DNA of 63,994 nt, the filler included, from Phoronis australis (Eukaryota > Animalia > Phoronida), in NCBI GenBank assembly GCA_002633005.1. It is 7 parts of 7 records of this genome, joined end to end, with 100 filler letters (N's around TTAATTAATTAA, not from the genome) between each part and the next. Parts side by side here need not be neighbours in the genome. Positions count along the whole stretch, not along the records: positions 8,921 to 32,084 come from NMRA01000633.1; 6 more parts are not named here. One strand, written 5' to 3'. The position numbers were made by a program, and so were the translations under genes. Position 1 is the first letter of the stretch; each line of letters starts with the position of its first letter. Of the stretch, positions 12,401 to 24,400 are shown one piece after another. Below the pieces are notes generated by a model. The model was given only the letters and a program-made list of their open reading frames with translations. It searched no databases and was not told where the DNA came from.

Positions 12401-15400
12401 ACGTGCGCGTTATGTTGCTAACTTACTATAATAGTAAAAGAAAACAGTTTTAAATGTAACGGTTTATTACTTGAAATTGATAAAAAGTGTGAAAACGACA
12501 GTTATTGTGCATTGAACTTGTATCATATTTCGAACATAAATAAATATTATATAGAATATTTATAACATTGTAAAATCCTCATCGGGTAGCTGCACTTATT
12601 CATGAAACTAGGTCATTGACCGGAGCGCGTAGCCTACACGTCGTCTGTTTTTACGAAGATGTTAAAAGTACCACCTTTTATGACAGCTCCGTCGAATGTA
12701 AATGTTGTAGCGATGTTGCAGGTAGGTTCTCACATTTCTACGGATTCTGTAGCATGGATAGGTTCACTTGTTGCTGGGACGGTCGTTGTTGCTGCTCGTG
12801 TAATACTGTCGCCGATAGTATCGGGTGCTGTCATGGCCAGTGAAAACAATGTTTGATATTGGCGAGGAATCGGTGCCTGAGTTGCAGACCATATAGTATA
12901 TAGAAATTGAAAACGGAGACAGAACTGTCATATAGTTAACAGTCCTGTTCCAGATGTTACCATTGAGACCTGATTGCATGTTGAGTGGTATTTACACTTC
13001 TACAGTTGTGTTACTTTAAGTTATTTTCCGAAAGTTTGATGATTTAACCAACTAACGACGTCGAGTCGACATTGACCTACCTTTGAACCTTCAATGTCAG
13101 AGGTCACTGATGAAGTAGTGCGGGAGGTGAATACGGAAAACATTATTACATGGCCGTATTTCCCTCGACAGATTCAACGCATATGGGATAAAACACGAAT
13201 ACAAGGTAGCATATATAAGAGCGCAATTACAGAGGGAATTGTCATTGGAATTAATGTTTTTCGCTCTTGCGGTGTAACTATAACACCTTTATATAAATTT
13301 TCTATTTTTTCATGATCGTGTTTGTAGACGTCATCTGTTCTTTATCGGCATTAGAGTGGATATGTTGAAAATTTTCATGCATCGAGTGACCTTTTTTCAA
13401 TTCTTTCCAATTCATGCTTGACTGCTTTGATTTGACTAGTCAAACTGCTAATGCTAGTTTTCGCATGATGTGATTGTCTTGTAACAAGTTGTTTCCTATA
13501 CTGAAGAGTGAAGGTGTCAGAATATAGTCTGACAGTATTTTTAGTTGTATTGTTTTGTTTTGTTATTCTGTTTGATTGGCATGACCCCTGAGTTAAGTAC
13601 AGTGATGATGTAATTTGTTTACTACAAAATAGTGTGGAACTTTCTAGAAGACTCTAGCATGACAGTAATTAATGCAGTCTGGAATATTCTAGAGACTAGT
13701 ACATGTTTGTAGAATGGTTGGGTAGATTCAGGAAAGTTCTAGAATGTGCTTTGCTTGAATTGATGTAAAGTTCCAGAACAATGTATTAGGTTATAAATAC
13801 ACAAGCACGGGTTTGTGTTAGTCAGATCAAGTCAGTTAATCGGTGAGTTCAAGAAAGTTAATCAGGAGATTACAGTTGAGTTGCGGTAAAGAGAATCAGC
13901 AGTTACAGCGATAGTCAATAGAGAGCTAGCTATAGAGACAGCAGGTTATTGAATCGACGAGTGTAACAGTTGCTGAACGTGTCTCTGAAGTTCATCACAA
14001 GTCAAGGCTTTGCAGCATTGGCTGGAACATAAACAGTCATTACGTCGGACGTTTTGTTTGAGTAGGCTTGTGAACGTACGGTCGGGATTAATAAAGGATT
14101 AATTCGAACCAGTCTTCAGTCAATCATCGCACCAAAAGCTATTAGCACCGGTTTGTAACAACCTGCGCCCACCCAGACACGGGGAAAACGTGACAGAAGG
14201 CTTCTTCTCGGGCTGCAGGGTCATGGAGCTAAATATCTGTGTATTTGGGTGGTAGACCTTCTTTTATACATGTTTCATAGAAAAGTAAGATGTTCTTGGC
14301 CTTAGATAGTTTGAAAGTTTGTTGAAAAAGCTATCTAAGGCCAAGAACAGTTTATTTTGTTGTTAAAAACAATATGCGCACAAAGTCTGTCCGAGTGTTA
14401 GCCAAAACTGACTTGATTTATCAGTTCAGTTGCCCTGTCAAACGAATGTATTCGTTCAAACACTGATTGCTCAAGGTATGTTGGCTATACAACTTGCACT
14501 TTATCTCGCCGGTCAGATTGGCATTTACAAAATGGATCCATTAGAGATCACTTTCAAACACTCCAGAAACAAAAAATTTCTCGTTCAGATATTGTTGACA
14601 AAACCATCGTCAGGTATTCCGAACGTGAGTCCTTTCGTTTGAAAATTATCGAAGCTTTAATACTAAAAACTGAAACTCCTGACATAAATTCCCAAGATAC
14701 TGGATTCCATCGTACTTTGTCGTTATATAAATAATGTCCATATCTTGTAACACCTATGTATTTTATTAAATTTTACAACGTTTTATAGTACATTAATTCC
14801 CATGACAATTCCTTCAGTAATTGCGCTCTTATATATGCTACCTTATATTCGTGTTTTATCCCATATTCTTTGAATCTGTCGAGGGAAATACGGCCATGTA
14901 ATAATCTTTTCCGTATTCTCCTCCCGCACTACTTCAACAGTGACCTCTGACACTGAAGGTTCAAAAGGTAGGTCAATGTCGACTAGACGTCGTTAGCTGG
15001 TTAGATCATCAAACTTTCGGAAAATAACTTAAAGTAACACAACTGTAGCAGTGTAAATACCACTCAACATGCAATCAGGTCTCAGTCGTAACATCTGGAA
15101 CGAGACATTTAATTATATGACAGTTTTGTCTCAGTTTTCAATTTCTATATATTATACTGGGGAACCCAATGTTCGTCCGCCTAAGCATAAAACCGACTTG
15201 CTGTTGTACTCACCGAATTATTCCACTTCAAAGTTATGATCTGAATAGGATTCGATTTTACTCTCACAGATATACTGCATTCATCGATTCGGAAGTTTTC
15301 TTTAATTTGTGCCGAGTTATTTCAAATGTGCACTGCCTTCGGCAGCCATTTTATTGTGACACCTAAGTTCGTCATATGCTGCCCCCTTTTGTAAAAACTG

Positions 15401-18400
15401 AGAAATATGCAGAAAAAGGCCAATGAAGTAATGAAAATTGCAACAGCCTGTTTTTATTGACATAAACTCGATTTGAAGCTTTGATGTTGAGCTCTGCACT
15501 GTGGTTTCCAATAAAAGCCAATTGGACAACATTTCAATGCAGTTTAATGGTGAACGTGAGGCAAAAATGTTAAGAACCCAGCGTATCGCATTTGTCTGCG
15601 GATTTTTCCTTTGGCCTTCTAGATCCTACTAGTGCCTGGGACAAACAGATACATTGCATAAACAAACCCTGGATCATGTTTTGTGTCCCGTCGGAAGAAA
15701 ATTTAAATTCGAAAACATCTTCTGAAAACGCACAAAAAAGTGTATTAGTAAAATCTACTGATTTTTAAGTGGTTTTAAAAAACAATCGGTAAACTCACCG
15801 ATTTTTGTCTCATTACTTTGATACGTGTCTCTTCCGATAAGTTAGTACCTAACGTGCACACGAGCACTCCAAATTGGAACGCTAAGTCCCGCGTGGTTGC
15901 GCTGCACGCGAAACAAGATGGCGGACGAACTTTGGAGCCTGACGAAAATAGGTAACCGGACTATATATCGTCTGCAACTCAGGCCCTGATTTCTCGCCAA
16001 TATTAAACATTGTTGTCACTGGCCATGACAGCACCCGATACTATCGGCGACAGTATTACACGAGCAGCAACAACGACCGTCACAGCAACAAGTGAACATA
16101 TCCATGCTACAGAACCCGTAGAAATGTGCAACATCGCTACAACATTTACATTCGACGGAGCTGTCATAAACGGTGGCACTTTTAACATCTTCGTAAAAAC
16201 AGACGATGTGTAGGCTACGCGCTCCGGTCAATGACCTAGTTTCATGAATGAGTGCAGCTACCCGATGAGGATTTTACAGTGTTATAAATATTCTTGTTAT
16301 TTATTTATTTTCGACATATGATACAAGTTCAATGCACGATCGATAACTGTCGTTTTCACACTTTTAATCAATTTCAAGTAATAAACCGTTACATTTAAAA
16401 CTGTTTTCTTTTACTGTTATAGTAAGTTAGCAACATAACGCGCACGTACATACACAACAGGTTGTGATTAGCCACGTAAACAGTCAGGGTGAAGTATTTA
16501 TAAAATGCCGAAAGAAAACAAAAGAAACTAACGAATTCGATGCGTACGGGATAATACACTTCGGTCTCGGTTGATACGCGGAATAATGTCTTGTGGGATA
16601 TTATTTCACGTACGCTACGCTCGGTACGTGTTTTGTATTAATATCATTGTTCTTGTTTCATGAATCATACACGATAGCGTTTATGATTTTAAATTTATTT
16701 GCCTTGGATGACTGAAGTCTAGTCGAAGTACAGCAACTGTTTTATTATGAAATGTTTTGTACGGTGTTTTATTTTATATATTATATTATATTATATTATA
16801 TATATTTCATATATTTGTGTTCGTGATGCCACTTAAACTCGGCGATCTACTTTTTTAACTGCCATCTGAAGAAAGACATTTATGTAGACAATACGAAAGT
16901 TTGTTGAACCATATACTATAGTTGTCTATAATCTATGGTTGAACAAGCTTTCTAAGGCCAAGAACAGCTTACTTTTCAATGAAACATGTATATGTCTATA
17001 TGTACGTATATGTATACCAAGCAAAGAGAGGTGTTTTACCGTAGGGGAGAAAAATCGAGGAAGTGACGAGCAGTTGACGGATTGTTTTTATTCTTTATTC
17101 ATAATTTGAAACTAAAGGAAAGTGCTTTGACATAAACAGAAATTTTTAGGCAAGGGCGAATAGTAAAAATACCTGGTGAACAGACTTCTGTTTCAGTGGC
17201 AGAGAGCCACTCTGAATAATGCAATTTTGTTTGTTTTTTCACGTTCTACGCCACTTTAGACCAAACCGGCTTTTGAAGGTCACGTGATTCAACAGCTGGG
17301 AAGACGAATGTTACTGACATGGTAGATTTTTGCGACAATGAAAACAAAAGAAAAACACACTCACGTAAGAAATTCTAAGTATTTCTTCAAAAAGTCCCTA
17401 ACAGCTGTTGAAATGTTGCTTGAGATAAATTTCTTAATTCTATTCAACATTACATATTTTATTCGCGATTCATTGTCGCCCATTTTAGTGCGGTATATCT
17501 ACATACCTCTAGGGAAGAAAGACCGAAGCCCAGCCCCGCCATCAAAGCTATGTTGTTGCTTGTCCAAGTTGTAATTTCTTCGAAACAACCCTGAAATAAG
17601 ACCAGGAACTTGACTGTATTTTAGCCTGTACAAAGCTTAATGAGCGCTAGAGGCTGTACGCTGTAGGCTAGTGTGTCTTAGCTAAAAGTTGGATGTTTTT
17701 TTTGCTTTATAGGTTACCATTGCGAATTCATTACCCAGCGAATCTAAAGTTCATTCTATTAAACGTTTATATTTGCGTTAAAACCTTTTAGTAAAGTTGC
17801 GGTGTTTCAAGGCCAGAGAGTTTAGGGACACTCTTCGATGTCGGGACAAAGGCCGGGGTCAAGCGTCAGATCTTCGTGAAAAAATGCACCGCGCGCTCTT
17901 AAAAACCAATTGACGGTAAAAATTACAACTGAAACCTTCTATGACGAAATTGACACTGAGGAAATTAATTGGTTTTGTCTCTTCGGAAATTTGAGGCTGT
18001 CACTACACAACGGGCAGAAATTTGAAGTGCAATAAATAAATCTTATCAAAATGGAAATTGTCAGGTTAGACACCTTTTTGTTCATTTCAAATTGAAGGCT
18101 TTTGCTGTCAGAAAGCCTATAAACAGCGTTCACCTTCAGATTTAGTGCTTCGCTTGTATCCAAGAATCGCACAGACGCGTCAATCTGGCACCGAGATCTG
18201 TCTACGTAGATTACATTGTCCTTGGAGCTTGCAGCCTTGTTCACTTTGCAACATGTATCTGGCACGTACGTGCCATTGCCCTGATTTTTAACTCGGAACA
18301 TACTTTTTGAATAGTCTTCGTAACCACTGCTGCCGCAACACTGGAACTGGAGGTGCAAAACAGTACGCGGAAGTTAACCGATGAGCGTGAAGCCCAGGAT

Positions 18401-21400
18401 AAGGCGGAAGACGGAGTTACACGAAAACAACCTTTGAAATAAACGGTATGTTATCGTAGATGTTAAGTGCAGTTCAAGAAAAATATGCTCGATCTTGCAT
18501 GCACTATGACGTAAATTTTTGCCTATTTGCATACTTTAAAAAATCTCACCGCTTATTTCAGCGTGGCCTTGGGCGTCAACTAAGCCCTTTTATTCTTTAA
18601 TTAACCACGACTAAGGATGCGTATGCACAGATATGCATAGTTACCGACGTACGCCACCTCAACTTATAGTGTGTGTTGAGTACGACAGTATACGTCATGG
18701 GGTCTGGCGATTTGTAGCGCGGGTTTCAATGGCGTCTACTGGTCCTGGAACTATAATGAGGTTTAGAAATTCGTTGCTGGAATTTAGAAGCTCAGACATG
18801 GAATTGTTTCCACCCCCTCTGTTCGGGCGTGAAAGCCCGTCGGGTACGTTTGAGCAAATCCAGGTCTGCTTTTAAGCAACAGAAATCTAAACTTAGCTGA
18901 TCTTAATGCCACGGAGTCGTAAACACAATACCATTTCCCACCGTAGGTTTCTTACTACGTCACTCAATGGCGTAGTGCTTACTTTTTCTTGAACGTAATC
19001 CCATGGAGCTGTAAACAGAAAACCCTCGCCAACTTTATTCTTCACTGTTCCTTTCAATGACGTTTTCAAGATGTCCGTGAACTGTTGAACAAAATAACAA
19101 TGAATGCAACACCATATAGCCGAGCCTAATGTCCATGGGCATATTGTCCATGGGCCTAATTGTCCATGGGCTTATTGTCCATGGGCCTATTTTCCATGGG
19201 CCTATTGTCTATGGGCCTATTGTCCATGGGCCTATTGTCCATGGGCCTATTGTCCATGGGCCTATTGTCCATGGGCCTAATTGTCCATGGGCTTATTGTC
19301 CATGGGCCTATTGTCCATGGGCCTATTGTCTATGGGCCTATTGTCCATGGGCCTATTTTCCATGGACCTATTGTCTATGGGCCTATTGTCCATGGACCTA
19401 TTGTCCATGGGCCTACTTGCGCAAAGATCTTGACTTGTAGCACAGGGACCCGTTCCAAGAAAACTGACTTAGCCGAGACAAATCTCAAATGACAGTCAGT
19501 TCTAGGATAAATCTTAAATTTCTCTTAAATCCGTTCCAATAAAAAGATTTAAGTTGTATTTAAGATTTTGACTTAAGTTTTGTCTTAATTTTGACTAACT
19601 TACCGGATGTGGAATTTCGAAAGTTTGGGGTTTGAGACAAATCTTCGAATTAGTGAAAATGAAGTTGAGTCAGTTTTTTGGAACAGGCCCTTGCGTTTGG
19701 GACCAATGTAAGGAAAATTGAGAAATAAAAACAAATTAAGAAAGCAAAGTGTCAGTTTATGTAACTGTTTTCTGAACCTATTAGGTATTAGAGTGGCTGG
19801 AGATCGTGGAAGTTTGGTCAAAATAAACGTATTTAAACGAATGACTTGTTTTTGTTCCGAATCCATGGCGTTTTTGGACCCACTCAACTTATGAACAACA
19901 AGGTTACTAACAAGGTTGCTGATTTACACCAAGGCGCCCATGTACATTTTTGTTGTGTGCGTGTGTGTGCACGTGTCCGTGTGCGCGCGCCCGCCGCGCG
20001 CGTGTGTGTGTGTACATGTATATCACTATACTTCGGTATCAACCCTTTGTTAACACAAACTTTGCTGAAAACACGACTAAACTTTTGTTTGAAAGCTTTA
20101 ATACAAAGTCGCTCGTAATGTCAAAACAATTTGCTTTCTTCAGGTGAGCAGCTATGCGGCAAAAACACCGAGAGACATTACAAATGAAAGCGCTCCGAGG
20201 AGCGACACTTGGCGAAATTAACAGAAAAGACGACGATAGAGATGAAGACGAAGATGACGAATATGACGACGATGGTGGCGACGATGAACAATTCAAGTAA
20301 TAAAAACGTAGAAAATATATCTGAAACTAAATAAGGCGATCCAGATCCTCCCAAGGATACTATTGTTTCATGAAATGAAGAATATAAATCGGTAAATAAA
20401 ACAACAAGAATGGATCAACTGAAATTTGAAATTCTCGGATGTAATAACTTCCTTTATCAACAAAAACAGAAATAAAGTAAAATCAAACACAAAATGACAG
20501 TTGACATATAAGATATGGTGTAATGAAAATGATACATTTTTGCGTAAAAATGTATCATTTTCATTACACCATATCTTATATGTCAATTGTCATTTTGTGT
20601 TTGATTTTACTTTATTTCTGTTTTTGTTGATAAAGGAAGTTATTACATCCGAGAATTTCAAATTTCAGTTGATCCATTCTTGTTGTTTTATTTACCAAGC
20701 AATAATAACATTCACAAGACGAACGTAGAGACCAGACATTAGTAAGTGTAGGCTACAGTCTTGAGCGACACTTGGCGAAATTGACTGAAAAGACGACGAC
20801 GGAGATGATGACGAAGATGACGAATATGTTGACGATGGTGATGGTGCTGCACAACACCATAACATTCATATGACGCACTTAGATGTCATAAATCAGTAAG
20901 AAATAGGCTACAGTCTTGTTCAAAAGCAGCTATACCAACTTTAATGCAGTAAGAGCGCTCAACAAAGGAACAACGCTATCAGAAAATCTCAAATAATTCA
21001 AAAAGTAGACGTTCTAGCGAAAAATGAAAGATATCATCTGAAAGCCCGTTCAAAATTCTATCTAAATTGATAGTATCACGCACTTCCGTAAATTTTTCGA
21101 AAAAAATGAAATTTTGCGTTTTTTTTAAGAAATTCATTCAAATAACTCGAAAACGGTAAGTCTGAGAAAATTTTTTTTAAAGTTCATATGAAATAGTTTA
21201 CCTCACAGAATCTACATACAAAAATTCAAGTCATTTCCTCTTCCCGTTTAAAATGACACCCCAGCACGATTGAAAAAGGGTTAAAATGCCCCAGATCCGC
21301 CATTTTGAAAACCTCTTCCAGTTGAGCGGTACTCGATCATAGCTATATATTAAAAACTAACACACGAAAAATTTCGAAGTAATCAGATTGATATTGCGCC

Positions 21401-24400
21401 CTCTAGAGGAAAAAGCATTTTTTACTCGAAATCAAAGTGCGCATGCGCCGAGGCCGATATTTCCGCCATCTTTGACCGGAAATAATTTTTTTCCGGAACG
21501 TCTGTACCACTTGTCCTGTGTAACAACCGTGCCGATTTTCAGTTGTGTACGCAAAAAATTGCGGTCTCCATGACACTTTTAACCTGAAAATGTATACAAA
21601 ATGGCCACCATCTTGAATCTGATTATGACGATAAACAATAGGCTTCCAGGACTTTTGGGTCCACAAATTGTGTGCAAATTTTCAGGAGAGTCGGATGAAA
21701 ATGCGACCTGTATCGTGCGAACAAAAAAAAAATTAGTGTCGGAGCAACATATTGCGAGGAATTCGAAGAATTCCGCCAAGTAACAAACAAATCAAAACAC
21801 TAGCTGTATTTCGAGACTGTATGTTTCATCATTAGGCAATAAGTGGAACGAACCTATACGAAGCGATATAAACAGTGAAATACGCTTGACAGCAGGAAGA
21901 GGGTATACAAGCAGAGAGTGTGAATGTATCACACGGTGGAAGCCCACAAGCCTAATGAAACAGAGCCAGCGTGCGGTGCACAATAGCGAGCTGCTCATTC
22001 AACACAGCCTGGGGGTTTTTAGCGACTGGTCAATAGGCATTCCAAAATCTTTAACTGAAATCTGTCATTTTCAACATAGCGAATATAATAGCATTGTCTA
22101 CTGTTTCTTGCCCAGTTATATTTCGGTAATGTTGGTGCACAAAATGATCTTGAATGGACTCGTCCTGCAAGTGCATGAACAACCGTCGCGAGAGCGAACA
22201 TACTGCAGGGGCGGATCCAGGATTTCGAGTTATGGGGGGCAGGGCAGAGTATTAGCCATGATTTTGCCTGTCAGACATTCGCACCCCGAAGTGTTAAATT
22301 TAATATTTAATATGGGAGAATTTTAGGGGGGGTCATGGCCCCCTTGCCCCCCACTCCTTAAATTCGCCAGTGTAATGTGTGTCTAATTTCACGCTGTTCA
22401 CGAGAATGAGGACGAAGACATTCGTCCATATGGCATGTGAATTGGTAAACAACGTACTGGTCGTAATCTTTCGCTACTGGGATTGTTTTTGTGACATTAG
22501 GTGACGTGACTTTATATCGGTCACGAAAAACTCATATTGAATGAGCAGCTCACAGGTGTGTACCGCGCGTTGGCTCTATTTCGTTAGGCTTGTGGGTTTC
22601 CCACCGTGTGATACATGCAAACGTTCTGCTTGTATGCCCATCTTCCTGCCGCCATGTGTATTTCACAGTTTATTTCGCTTCGAATATGTTCATTCCACTT
22701 TGTGCCTGATGATGAGACATGCAGTCTCGAAATGAAGTTAAGTGTTGTAATTTGTTTGTTTATGTCTCTCGGTGTTTTGCTGCACACCTGAAGAAAGGAG
22801 ATTGTTTCGACACGAACGACTCTGTATCAAGCTTTCAAACAAAAAGTATAGTTGTGGTTTAAACGAAGTATATGTATATGTATATATATTTCATTAAAGA
22901 CACGACTTTGATCTGTTTTTATTGGTTTAATTTCAGTTCTTTCCAACTCTCTAAATAGAGATCTTGTCTTTACATCACAACAGTGCAATAAAAATCCAAA
23001 CGACATCAGTAGGTAACATAATTTAAAAAGTGATATTTCGAGATAAATATTTCATCTTCATGCTACTATTTACAACTAGTTCACAGTGAAACGTACATCA
23101 GAAATGACAAATGCAACACGTGAAGTTGACATGCGCAACTATGGCGATAAATGTACATACGTTGCTGTGCAACATAATCTACAGATCACCTAAATAATGA
23201 TAGAGCCCTTCGAGTTCCAGTTAGCTACTCGTTCAAACTGGGTTTTTCAAACATCGAATATTTTAAAACGAAAAGAGTCACGTTCTATGGTATTGTCAAC
23301 AATATCTGAACGAGAAATTTTCTGTTTGTGGAGTGTTTGAAAGTGATCTTTAATGGATCCATTTTGTAAATGCATATATAACCGGCGAGATAAAGTGCAA
23401 GTTGTATAACCAACATACCTTGAGCAATCAGTGTTTGAACGAATATATTCGTTGTGAGGACTGATAAATCAAGTCAGTTTTGGCTAACACTCGGACAGAC
23501 TTTGTACACATATTTTTAGAACAATAAGATCTTAAGTTTTATGGTTTTGGTAATATATAATTAACGAAAGGCTATCTTCTGGCTTAACGGTCTTAACATT
23601 ATTATGGATGATCCGTTTTAAAACTCGTTCATCTTCAATATAACGTGAATGGAATTGGTTGCGGTAGAATAATTTTTCTTGATGACTATCAATAACCTTA
23701 GTTTCAAGGTTGTACATGTAAAAGTCAACAAAAGTTGGTCCGAGAGGTGATCCCATGGATACACCATTGGTTTGTAAATACAGTTTGACATCTATGTTTC
23801 TAAATGGTACCTTTGTAGTACAAATTAACATCAAATCTCGTATTACCTCGTTAGGAATACTCGGAGGAGCCATTGATACATGTCTATACATAGAAAATAT
23901 TATAATCTCTACAGTTTCGACAACAGGGACGTTAGTAATAAACTTTCAACGTCAAGAGATGCAGGGTAGGAATTTGGCGTTGCCTCAATAGTTCTTAATA
24001 AATCTAAAAATTCATCACGAGATTTCACATTGTACTTATAAGGTAAGTATTGTTTGATTAGTTTATCTAATGTTTTAGCAATCTCATAGGTAGGGGTTAA
24101 CACTTGAGAAATAATGGGTCTTAGTGGATACCAGGCTTAAGAGTTTTAGGGTTACCGTACAAGTATCCTTCTGAAAATCACCCTCAACAATTTTGAAATA
24201 CTTTTTGTGGACATTAGCTAGTTTATTTAAACGGTGTAGTTCTTTCTTAAGGAGATTGTTCCGACACCACGAGCAAACCAGTATCAAGCTTGCAAACAAA
24301 AAGTCTAGTCGTGTTTTCAACGAAGTTTGTGTAAACGAAGTGCTGTTACCGAACTGTACTGATTTCAAGTTGTAGTAACAGATATATCAAAAGCTGAGGC

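Noticed and set aside
14735-16554. Inverted 1-kb repeat as a Penelope pseudo-LTR
   Set aside because: Not preferred: no hammerhead found in it, it is absent after the second Penelope copy, and it has its own hairpin ends and ORF remnant. Not fully excluded.
17365-17405. Candidate extra tetraspanin exon (AVRDFLKKYLEFL)
   Set aside because: Wrong phase, lies inside a dispersed repeat shared with 2340-2490, and the gene is complete without it.
19129-19492. Repeat-protein ORFs (HGPIV, CPWAY, MGLLS; also ELYPTVYPV at 8926)
   Set aside because: Translations of minisatellites whose unit is a multiple of 3; intronic or UTR location, no splice or homology support.
20210-20300. Acidic D/E-rich coding exon
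   Set aside because: Low-complexity GAC/GAT tract within a duplicated intronic repeat, antisense to the host gene.
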